IMG/VR virus record: IMGVR_UViG_3300037705_000118
Coordinates: 1-24,842 of that record
Length of the DNA: 24,842 bases
Source: a virus
Taxonomy: Duplodnaviria; Caudoviricetes
Direction: 5' to 3' (one strand)
The translations under genes and the position numbers were made by a program. Positions 17,994 through 24,702 of the stretch are shown here, one piece after another. Within the stretch, counting starts at the first letter, position 1. Each line of letters starts with the position of its first letter. The notes under the pieces were generated by a model, which was not told the origin of the DNA, ran no database searches, and saw only the letters and a program-made list of their open reading frames with translations.

Positions 17994-18066
17994 AGCCTTT
18001 ATTCGGATTTGAACCGAAACCCTCTGCTTGGAAGGCAGGTACGCTACCAGATTACGTCATAAAGGC
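17994..18066 (-). tRNA. tRNA-Gly(UCC), second copy
   Basis: GCCTTTA/TAAAGGC-T; loop CT-TCC-AA; TTCGG-TTCAAAT-CCGAA. Confidence 0.85.
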
Positions 18067-18073
18067 AATTAGG

Positions 18074-18146
18074 AGCCGAGAAAGAGGGTCGAACTCTTGA
18101 CCTACCGCTTACAAGGCGGTTGCTCTACCAACTGAGCTACGGGGTT
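18074..18146 (-). pseudogene. tRNA-Thr(UGU) with non-pairing acceptor stem
   Basis: Canonical D, anticodon (ACCGC-CT-TGT-AA-GCGGT) and T arms; 5' AACCCCG does not pair with 3' TCTCGGC. Confidence 0.7.
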
Positions 18147-18149
18147 AGG

Positions 18150-18176
18150 AAAAGCCCCCCAGTTTCCCAGGGGGCT
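18150..18176 (-). terminator. Rho-independent terminator
   Basis: AGCCCCCTGG-GAAA-CTGGGGGGCT followed by TTT, after ORF 18197-18766. Confidence 0.7.
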
Positions 18177-18196
18177 AGTCGATCTTCGATCTTTTT

Positions 18197-18766
18197 CTAT
18201 TCTACCGGTTCAACCTGGTCAGCAAGCACGTACATTCCCGCATAACGCGGGCCTACAATTTCATAGAACAGCTTGCCTCCATCAGATTTTACCTTTTCAG
18301 CAAGTACCAAAATGGCTTCGCCTTCAAGATATGCGCCAGACTGAACTTTGACCATGATCGGACGACCGGCATCGTTATAAGCATGGGCTTCAAAAACACC
18401 AAGTTGGCTATTTTTGACCACGATCACAAAGATCGCTCCATCAGGAATAACAGGTTCAGTGGCAACTGGTTCAGCAGTAGCTTCAGGGGCTGGTAGGATG
18501 GTGATCTCTTCTTCATTAGCTAACAAGTCGGCAATGATCGCATTAAGTTCAGCAATATCTTGCTCCTGCTCGCTAAGGGATCCTTCCTGTTCGTCAAGTT
18601 CCCCCTCCAACTGACCAATCGTTTCATTGGCGAGTTCAGCAGTCTGCTTGGCCTCGTCAATAATCTGATCGACTTCAGATGTCCCCCACACACGCCCACC
18701 GAATACCATCACTACAACTAGTACGAGATATAAAATGGGTTTTAAAATCTTGTTCACGTTGTCCAT
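18197..18766 (-). CDS. Secreted protein with coiled coil and C-terminal beta domain (paralog B)
   Basis: ATG 18766 after AAAGGAG; N-terminal TM; acidic coiled coil; 'YNDAGRPIM...EGEAILV...KSDGG..FYEI'. Confidence 0.7.
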   Translation of the reverse strand: MDNVNKILKPILYLVLVVVMVFGGRVWGTSEVDQIIDEAKQTAELANETIGQLEGELDEQEGSLSEQEQDIAELNAIIADLLANEEEITILPAPEATAEPVATEPVIPDGAIFVIVVKNSQLGVFEAHAYNDAGRPIMVKVQSGAYLEGEAILVLAEKVKSDGGKLFYEIVGPRYAGMYVLADQVEPVE

Positions 18767-18786
18767 ATTTTCTCCTTTGTTAGTGG

Positions 18787-18842
18787 ACAAATTCTTGCGC
18801 TCAAATCTTTATGCTCAAATCCTTGGGCGCAAATTTTTGGGC
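18787..18842. repeat. Four imperfect 14-bp tandem repeats
   Basis: ACAAATTCTTGCGC / TCAAATCTTTATGC / TCAAATCCTTGGGC / GCAAATTTTTGGGC. Confidence 0.7.
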
Positions 18843-18950
18843 GACCACAGGCACGAGGCTTGCAATCGCCCAAGAGAGGAAGATTGTTATGCTGCTAAAT
18901 TATACTTGAAAACAGGTATAAAATCAATCATGATTTATTGTGGGGCAAAA

Positions 18951-19082
18951 AACTATCGTACAAGAGGTAAGGTCAGATTGATAACTGAGACAGGGTTTGA
19001 ACCTGCTACCGTTCGATTACAAGTCGAATGCTCTACCGAATGAGCTACTTAGTTTGTATGACCTTACAGAGTCACGATGGTT
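18951..19082 (-). ncRNA. Module-tRNA chimera E1: complete tRNA-Thr(UGU) (18982-19054) enclosed by the module
   Basis: AACCATC-GTGACTC-T-GTAAGGTCA-TACAAAC..[tRNA]..TGACCTTAC-CT-CTTGTAC-GATAGTT then U-run. Confidence 0.75.
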
Positions 19083-19094
19083 GTTTCTAAAAGT

Positions 19095-19239
19095 TAGCTC
19101 GTACAAGATGTGAGAACTGTTTTACTTGGTTTGCAACCTCCACTGGGTTGTGCATTACCACTATGCTAAATTCGCTGTGCGAACTATCGGATTCGAACCG
19201 ATGTGAAAAGTTTGTAAGTTCCTGCTGAGTCACGAGCTA
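19095..19239 (-). ncRNA. Module-tRNA chimera E2: circularly permuted tRNA-like domain (YrlA-like)
   Basis: Module 5' arm, T arm ATCGG-TTCGAAT-CCGAT, acceptor hairpin AGTTCGC-ACA-GCGAATT, TA, D arm, CAACC-CAGTGGA-GGTTG arm, module 3' arm. Confidence 0.75.
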
Positions 19240-19240
19240 G

Positions 19241-19312
19241 TCGGAATGGCTGGGATCGAACCAGCGATTTCACGGACCCAAACCGTGCGGATTACCACTT
19301 TCCTACATTCCG
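19241..19312 (-). tRNA. tRNA-Pro(UGG)
   Basis: CGGAATG/CATTCCG-A; CACGG-TT-TGG-GT-CCGTG; GCTGG-TTCGATC-CCAGC. Confidence 0.9.
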
Positions 19313-19320
19313 AACTTTGC

Positions 19321-19477
19321 GGAGAGGGCTACCAGTTCACCCTCTCCTATCTTCGACAGCACCGCGGGGGTGGGCTATTTTCTCGCTTGGGCGCTTCGCC
19401 GTTACCGCTGGTTCGGTTTAGATGTGTCACCCAAGTCAACCACATCCAGCATTAGCTTTCCTGTTACTCATAGCCTC
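19321..19477 (-). ncRNA. Unidentified structured RNA with candidate pseudoknot
   Basis: GGCTAT/ATAGCC closing stem; GATGTG/CACATC hairpin whose loop CTTGGGTG complements CGCCCAAG; 3' GGAGAGGG/CCCTCTCC hairpin. Confidence 0.4.
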
Positions 19478-19493
19478 TTATTTTATTTGCCAA

Positions 19494-19647
19494 TGGTGGA
19501 CGACCTTGGATTCGAACCAAGAACCTCTCTGTTATAAGCAGAAAATGTTTGTAAGTTGTAATAGAGTCACTGGCGATCACGTGCTTTGCCCGTACAAGGA
19601 ATGACAACTATAAAAACTAAGCGCTCTAACCATTGAGCTAGCCGTCC
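19494..19647 (-). ncRNA. Module-tRNA chimera E3: tRNA-Ile(UAU) with ~78-nt permuted module between D arm and anticodon stem
   Basis: GGACGGC/GTCGTCC-A-CCA; D arm; insert ~19544-19621 (CTTGTAC..GTGACTC..TACAAAC); loop CT-TAT-AA; CTTGG-TTCGAAT-CCAAG. Confidence 0.75.
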
Positions 19648-19689
19648 AGAAAAACCACCAAGAATTTTCATCCCTGATGGTGTAATATT

Positions 19690-19803
19690 TGGGCGGGGAC
19701 TTCGGAATTGAACCGAAATGGTTTGTGAGTTATTACGAAGTCACGGAAAACCCGTACGAGAGGTAACAACCTTTCAAAACTTTCTCTCTACGAGAAGTCC
19801 CCG
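19690..19803 (-). ncRNA. Module-tRNA chimera E4: CCA-ended tRNA-like RNA with module in place of the anticodon arm
   Basis: CGGGGAC/GTCCCCG-C-CCA; mini arm TCTC-GTA-GAGA; CTCGTAC..GTGACTT..CACAAAC; TTCGG-TTCAATT-CCGAA. Confidence 0.7.
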
Positions 19804-19846
19804 TTGATGTTAACGTACCAAGTTTGCGATGTACGTTGCGACCATT

Positions 19847-19874
19847 ATTATACACAAATAGTGATTTATGTCAA
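19847..19874 (-). promoter_or_regulatory. Consensus sigma70 promoter for tRNA/ncRNA array 2
   Basis: TTGACA-16 nt-TATAAT, ~45 nt upstream of E4. Confidence 0.75.
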
Positions 19875-20488
19875 GCCCCTAATCTGGTGCGATCTGCAAT
19901 GAAATCAGGAGAATGATGATTAGTTTTGTTGAGATAGCCTACATAAAGTTTATATTCAAGGTCATTGTCAGCGCACCATTTCTCAGGATGAATGTTCCCT
20001 TTATATTTATTGCACTTGCGGCACATAGAGATATAGTTAGTTTCATTGTTCTCGCCACCAAGTTCAAGGGGAATCCAATGATCTACTGTAAGTTGCACAT
20101 CACCCATTTTCTTGCCACAGGTAAGACATTGGAAATTATCACGCGCCCAAATCTTTTGTTGGACCGCGCCTGAAATATTGCCGTATTGTTGCTTGCGATG
20201 GATGACTTTAGCCAAATGACCTTCTTCACCTTGAGCAAAATAGACTGGATCATCAAGCCTACGCAAAATTTCTGACCATTCTTCAAGCGTTGGTTGAAAA
20301 TTACGTTCGATCAGATAATGAGTTCCAGTCTGCAAAAGTTCTTCACTGCCAGGTAGCATCAAGGCAAATGATTCACTCATTCCCTGAACGATCACACCTG
20401 AAATCTTAAGAATATGACCAAGATGTTCAAAATAAACAGGTTCACCACTTGCCTTAAATGTAAGTTCGTAGAAACGCCTACCACTCAT
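19871..20488 (-). CDS. HNH endonuclease
   Basis: 'RDNFQCLTCG...LTVDHWIP..LGG.N..TN....CRKCNKYKG'. Confidence 0.9.
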   Translation of the reverse strand: MSGRRFYELTFKASGEPVYFEHLGHILKISGVIVQGMSESFALMLPGSEELLQTGTHYLIERNFQPTLEEWSEILRRLDDPVYFAQGEEGHLAKVIHRKQQYGNISGAVQQKIWARDNFQCLTCGKKMGDVQLTVDHWIPLELGGENNETNYISMCRKCNKYKGNIHPEKWCADNDLEYKLYVGYLNKTNHHSPDFIADRTRLGA

Positions 20489-20700
20489 TATTCTTCCTTC
20501 GGCATACGGACGCTACTGCTGCCACCAGCAAAGAATCCCTGATGGCTGACTGATTTACCTTCCGCTTTCACAACTTTCTGCAAAAGCTTGATCTGCCTTT
20601 TTTGTTCAGGACTTGGACAACCCAACGCGAGCAACGCGTTTAGTTGACGGTTAGCAGGACTGATAGGAACTTTTTTGAACCTAGATTTGATTTTAGACAT
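20488..20700 (-). CDS. Small basic hypothetical protein
   Basis: GGAGG RBS; TAATG overlap with HNH gene. Confidence 0.65.
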   Translation of the reverse strand: MSKIKSRFKKVPISPANRQLNALLALGCPSPEQKRQIKLLQKVVKAEGKSVSHQGFFAGGSSSVRMPKEE

Positions 20701-20712
20701 TGCTCTACCTCC

Positions 20713-21174
20713 TTATTCTTTAGATTTTATAGCAACCAGTGTTCCGGTCATACGAGGAAGGACCACCATTGCGATTCGAGGACGGGCAAGAACATCTTGC
20801 ATCTCTCCCGGCAAGTCACAAGCAGCGACAATGTCGCAAGATTGTTCAAAACCGGAAAGGTCAAATGTCTGGAAAGTGAACAGCGGGAATACCCCTAACA
20901 CAGTCGCAGGACGGATATTGATATGCCCGGTCTGAGGGCGGCCTACTTTGAGTTCGCCGCGAGCATCGCCAAGAACCAGAGTTTCTAGTTCATCCACACT
21001 GATATCCATATAGCGCGCTACGAGTGCGATCATATCTGGATCGCTGATGCTGGACGGGTCGTGGTTAGTATCCTCTGCGATTTCAACGAAGGGACGTATC
21101 CAATCTTCTTGTCCAGCGCGGGTGACAATCACTTGCGGGGTCACGATTACTTCTTGTTCAGTTTGGTTAGTCAT
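20713..21174 (-). CDS. Hypothetical protein
   Basis: AAGGAG RBS; packed in operon. Confidence 0.7.
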   Translation of the reverse strand: MTNQTEQEVIVTPQVIVTRAGQEDWIRPFVEIAEDTNHDPSSISDPDMIALVARYMDISVDELETLVLGDARGELKVGRPQTGHINIRPATVLGVFPLFTFQTFDLSGFEQSCDIVAACDLPGEMQDVLARPRIAMVVLPRMTGTLVAIKSKE

Positions 21175-21178
21175 GATA

Positions 21179-21385
21179 CTACTCCTTAAAGTTGGTTAAT
21201 TCGAAATAGGCAGAAATAGTTAATGGCAACCATGCAATTGTTATTACAGCAAATAAGAGCGCTGATTTGATTGCGTGCGGTTTAGCATGTATTTCAGCAT
21301 GCGCACTTGGTAGCCATCGACCGGCGTTATAGATCCCCATTAAGATGTAAATGAGAACTGCTAATTGTAGTAGAAAATCCCACAT
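21179..21385 (-). CDS. Small two-TM membrane protein
   Basis: AAGGAG RBS; two hydrophobic segments. Confidence 0.65.
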   Translation of the reverse strand: MWDFLLQLAVLIYILMGIYNAGRWLPSAHAEIHAKPHAIKSALLFAVITIAWLPLTISAYFELTNFKE

Positions 21386-21401
21386 GGCTATTTCTCCTTA
21401 T

Positions 21402-21683
21402 TCACATAATTTGATTTTCAATCTCGGTCATAGCCTCTTTCAAAGCAGTAACCAACGTCATCATCCATTTGAGGGTGTTCTTGCGCGGCAACGAGAATGT
21501 GTCCGATTTACGTTTGCCAGAGAATGCGCCAGAGTCTTTGAACTCAATCTTAACAGAATTCAAACCTTTTGCACCAATCGAGGCTTCAACTACAACCTTG
21601 CCAGAGTTGGAGTTTTGAGGATCAACTTCTTTCTCAACTTTGATCTTTGTAGTTGTGACAGTATGAGTTTGCACTTCAGCCAT
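21402..21683 (-). CDS. Hypothetical protein
   Basis: AAGGAG RBS; packed in operon. Confidence 0.65.
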   Translation of the reverse strand: MAEVQTHTVTTTKIKVEKEVDPQNSNSGKVVVEASIGAKGLNSVKIEFKDSGAFSGKRKSDTFSLPRKNTLKWMMTLVTALKEAMTEIENQIM

Positions 21684-21701
21684 CAGTTTTCTCCTTTTGT
21701 T

Positions 21702-22067
21702 TCACCAGTTTATTACAATCTTCTCAATATTAGTTTTTACACCATTCACAAGCGTATACTTTTCAATGGTATCTCCTACTTCCCATGTCTCAATAATTGT
21801 GGCCTTCCCTTTCAACTTTGGAAATATCTCGTTTTCCAGAATTTCATAAGACCTTCCAGAACCTACACCATACCAACAAATATTATCTAGGGATATAAGT
21901 TCGTCATTGTATTCACTGGGACGCAGATTTATGGCATGCAAGAAACATCCTTCTGGAAAGTGTTTCCTAAAGTCATGCTTTAGGTCCAAGACATCTTTTT
22001 TAGAAATTTTTAACTTTCCTTTCAGTATTTCTATAGAATCAAGATTGTATGACATTTTATTTCTCAT
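21702..22067 (-). CDS. Hypothetical protein
   Basis: 121-aa ORF in the minus-strand operon; start uncertain. Confidence 0.6.
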   Translation of the reverse strand: MRNKMSYNLDSIEILKGKLKISKKDVLDLKHDFRKHFPEGCFLHAINLRPSEYNDELISLDNICWYGVGSGRSYEILENEIFPKLKGKATIIETWEVGDTIEKYTLVNGVKTNIEKIVINW

Positions 22068-22503
22068 TTTGTTTCACTAGTTGTATTGCCATCAAAACTC
22101 GCGCTCCAGGCCAATCAGGAATATCGTGCGAGAACGTTGCATGTTGTTCATTCAGCAAGCAGTAAATCGCCGGTTTCAATGCGATCTCATCTACCCAGTT
22201 GCCCCAGTAGTCGGTTGATTTCATTAGAGCGCGCTGGGAAGGATTGGCCTCATCCCAATATTCTTTTTGATCCACATACATACGCTCAATACTCATTTCT
22301 ACTGGTCGTAACACGCGAGTATTGTGGTTGAGCAGCATTTGCCAGTAGATGTAAGGCACGACCCCAGCAAAAGTGAATGTGGGGTTATTACCATGAGACA
22401 TACGTTTGAAGTAGATATAAGCATCGAATACAGCGCACAGTTGGGGTTCGTGCAAGTGTTCCATGTGATTCGTGAAAGCGTGGTAGACGCAATCCACTAC
22501 CAA
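22057..22503 (-). CDS. Hypothetical protein
   Basis: 148-aa ORF overlapping neighbours; GAGG RBS; start uncertain. Confidence 0.6.
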   Translation of the reverse strand: MVVDCVYHAFTNHMEHLHEPQLCAVFDAYIYFKRMSHGNNPTFTFAGVVPYIYWQMLLNHNTRVLRPVEMSIERMYVDQKEYWDEANPSQRALMKSTDYWGNWVDEIALKPAIYCLLNEQHATFSHDIPDWPGARVLMAIQLVKQNEK

Positions 22504-22624
22504 ACCTCAACAAAGACAATGGTCCACCCAAGAAATGCCCACATCCATGACATTTCTAACGTTTCTACAAAACTTGATAAAGAGACAATAGCAAGAAACG
22601 CAGATGTAAACAACTTCAAATTTT
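22497..22624 (-). pseudogene. 3' part of a 44-aa membrane peptide gene split by the IS (5' part at 24807-24813)
   Basis: Joining the IS flanks gives ATG ATA A|AA AAT TTG AAG = MIKNLKLFTSAFLAIVSL...VEVW*. Confidence 0.6.
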
Positions 22625-22636
22625 GGTAAGTATCCC

Positions 22637-22665
22637 TTGACAGCAGGTGTCGTTTCTTGTATAAT
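22637..22665 (+). promoter_or_regulatory. Consensus sigma70 promoter of the transposase, -35 inside the left TIR
   Basis: TTGACA-17 nt-TATAAT. Confidence 0.8.
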
Positions 22666-22700
22666 ATAGACATAATTAATCCCACAAAAGCAGGTACAAG

Positions 22701-23612
22701 ATGAACGATAACAACACCCACAAATCCCCGATGCAGAAATACACCATCAAAGATTTTCAAGTTGATTTCGCTGACGATGCCGCGTGCCTGGAATGGCTGG
22801 TCGAATACCGATGGCCTGAAGGTATCTACTGCGAAAGTTGTGGGAAGATTACTAAGCATCATGCAATGAACACCCGTAAATCATATAGTTGCCAGGAATG
22901 CGGGAATCACATTTTCCCTTGCGCTGGAACAGTATTCCACAAATCCAGCACCGCGTTGACCACTTGGTTTTATGTGGGCTACCTGATGGCACAAACGCGT
23001 GGTGGAATTAGCGCAAAGCAAATTCAACGAGAAACGGGCGTGACCTACAAGACTGCTTGGCGCATGTGCAACGAAATTCGCAAATGCCTTGACGAAGATC
23101 AAGACCCGTTTGGCGGTGAGGTCGAGATTGACGAAAGTTATTTTGGTGGTCGGCACAGAGGTGGCAAGCGCGGGCGCGGCTCTGAGAATAAAACTCCGGT
23201 TGTGGGTGTTGTTGAACGCAAAGGTAAAATCGAGGTCAAAGCCGTTCCGAATACCAAAGGCTCTACCATTCTCCCGTTTGTGGAAAACGAGGTCCAAAAG
23301 GGCACGCAAATCTACACAGACGAATATCCGGTTTACAACCGCCTGCACCGAATGGGATACCAGCATGATAAGGTTTTGCACTCCAATAATATTTACGTGA
23401 TCGGTAATGTTCATACCAATACGATTGAAGGCTTCTGGTCGATGGTCAAGAATGGTATTCGCGGCGTGTTCCGAAGCGTTAGCCCTCAACACTTGCAAAA
23501 GTACCTGGATGAATATGCGTTCCGATATAACCATAGGGATGATGTTACTCCGATGTTTCGGACTTTCCTTCACCGGATGGCTTCTTTTTCACCAGTTTCT
23601 TTAGAAGAGTAA
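22701..23612 (+). CDS. IS1595-family DDE transposase (ISXO2-like domain)
   Basis: Zn ribbon 'RWPEG..CESCG..CQECG'; HTH; 'VEIDESY', 'IYTDEY', 'HTNTIEGFWS', 'YLDEYAFRYN'. Confidence 0.95.
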   Translation: MNDNNTHKSPMQKYTIKDFQVDFADDAACLEWLVEYRWPEGIYCESCGKITKHHAMNTRKSYSCQECGNHIFPCAGTVFHKSSTALTTWFYVGYLMAQTRGGISAKQIQRETGVTYKTAWRMCNEIRKCLDEDQDPFGGEVEIDESYFGGRHRGGKRGRGSENKTPVVGVVERKGKIEVKAVPNTKGSTILPFVENEVQKGTQIYTDEYPVYNRLHRMGYQHDKVLHSNNIYVIGNVHTNTIEGFWSMVKNGIRGVFRSVSPQHLQKYLDEYAFRYNHRDDVTPMFRTFLHRMASFSPVSLEE

Positions 23613-23715
23613 AGAATTCCTCCCTAGTGGGAGATTCTTTTTCTTTTTCACCACCGCCCCCGATATTTGGGGGCTTTTTTTCTTGTTTTTTCTTGTCTTT
23701 TGGGTCTTTTGTCAT
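23545..23715 (-). CDS. Small basic protein (56 aa) overlapping the transposase 3' end
   Basis: AAGGAG RBS; MTKDPKDKKKQEKK...TREEFFTLLKKLVKKKPSGEGKSETSE. Confidence 0.5.
   Translation of the reverse strand: MTKDPKDKKKQEKKPPNIGGGGEKEKESPTREEFFTLLKKLVKKKPSGEGKSETSE
23656..23681 (+). terminator. Rho-independent terminator after transposase
   Basis: GCCCCCGA-TAT-TTGGGGGC followed by T7. Confidence 0.7.
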
Positions 23716-23727
23716 AAATTCATCTCC

Positions 23728-24702
23728 TTATTCAGGACAAATTTGAGGTAATCCTGGTGTAGCTATTGTTTTATCGGTTTCTATTAGCCATATATTTTTT
23801 TCATTATCTTTGATTAGTAAAAACCAATATTTACAATTAGTACGTGGGTTATTTTCTCCATAATATATTGTCATGCTAACTAATACTTCAGTGCCATTAT
23901 TTCTCCATTCAAATTCTAATTCGCTACTAATCATTCTTTTTGTATTACCAAAGAAATTTGCAATTCCGCCCTCATTTCCAAATAGTTTAAAATATCTTTC
24001 TTTGTAATTATCTGTTACGTTTTCATCCCATGAGACAGGGAAAATTTCTTTGTCCCAATCACTTAAAAGTTGTTCAATTACAGCCCTGATTGCTTTTTTG
24101 TATATATCCGCTTGATCTGGCGCAACTTCTGGTGTAGGTGTATTTGTTGCGGAAGTCATTATAGAGGGAGTAACTTCTACAGTTTGAATGACCATTTTAG
24201 TTTGTATGACAATAATTTGAGTGGGGGTGTTTGTTGAAAAATAATAGGGAAGGTAATACTCTCTCCCTATTGTTCTCATCGTGGTAAATATAAAGAAAAT
24301 ACTTATAATTACAAATCCGATTTTATATCCTTTTTTCTTTGTATCAAAATAACCCTGCGAAAAACTAAACTGAATATTTGCTATATATATCACTGCGATA
24401 AATATCAACAATGCTGCCAAAACAGGAAACCCATTATTCATTACAACCCCCCATGCTGTTGGACAATCTGTGAATAATGCAAAGATAATAAACAGAGCAA
24501 TCGCAACCAACAGTGCGTCGCGAATCGCAAATGAAAGCAATTTATATGCGCGAGAAACCCAACTTTTATCCTTTTTATTTTCTTCCATATCAACCACCAT
24601 CTTTCCCTTATCGTTGACCTTAGATTCCCCCATGACGGACACTCCCTTTTCGGTGGGTTTGGATTCTGGCTTTTCGGGTTTTGATTTTTTCTTCTTACCC
24701 AT
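23728..24702 (-). CDS. IS passenger: 3-TM membrane protein with C-terminal soluble domain
   Basis: Three hydrophobic segments, TP-rich linker, AT-rich; lies inside the TIRs. Confidence 0.75.
   Translation of the reverse strand: MGKKKKSKPEKPESKPTEKGVSVMGESKVNDKGKMVVDMEENKKDKSWVSRAYKLLSFAIRDALLVAIALFIIFALFTDCPTAWGVVMNNGFPVLAALLIFIAVIYIANIQFSFSQGYFDTKKKGYKIGFVIISIFFIFTTMRTIGREYYLPYYFSTNTPTQIIVIQTKMVIQTVEVTPSIMTSATNTPTPEVAPDQADIYKKAIRAVIEQLLSDWDKEIFPVSWDENVTDNYKERYFKLFGNEGGIANFFGNTKRMISSELEFEWRNNGTEVLVSMTIYYGENNPRTNCKYWFLLIKDNEKNIWLIETDKTIATPGLPQICPE

Noticed and set aside
18735-19604. Plus-strand ORFs across the RNA arrays (also 14304-14577)
   Set aside because: Antisense to tRNA/ncRNA genes; translations are typical tRNA shadows
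19544-19621. Group I/II intron in tRNA-Ile
   Set aside because: Far too short and lacks core elements
19051-19744. Recurring GTTTGT..AGTCAC as a CRISPR array
   Set aside because: Irregular spacing, variable internal bases, tRNA parts between copies and no cas genes; explained by the RNA module
22497-22862. 121-aa minus-strand ORF as an intact gene
   Set aside because: Its N-terminal part is antisense IS sequence; only 22497-22624 belongs to the interrupted gene
22881-23573. 230-aa ORF antisense to the transposase
   Set aside because: Shadow ORF with no recognisable motifs
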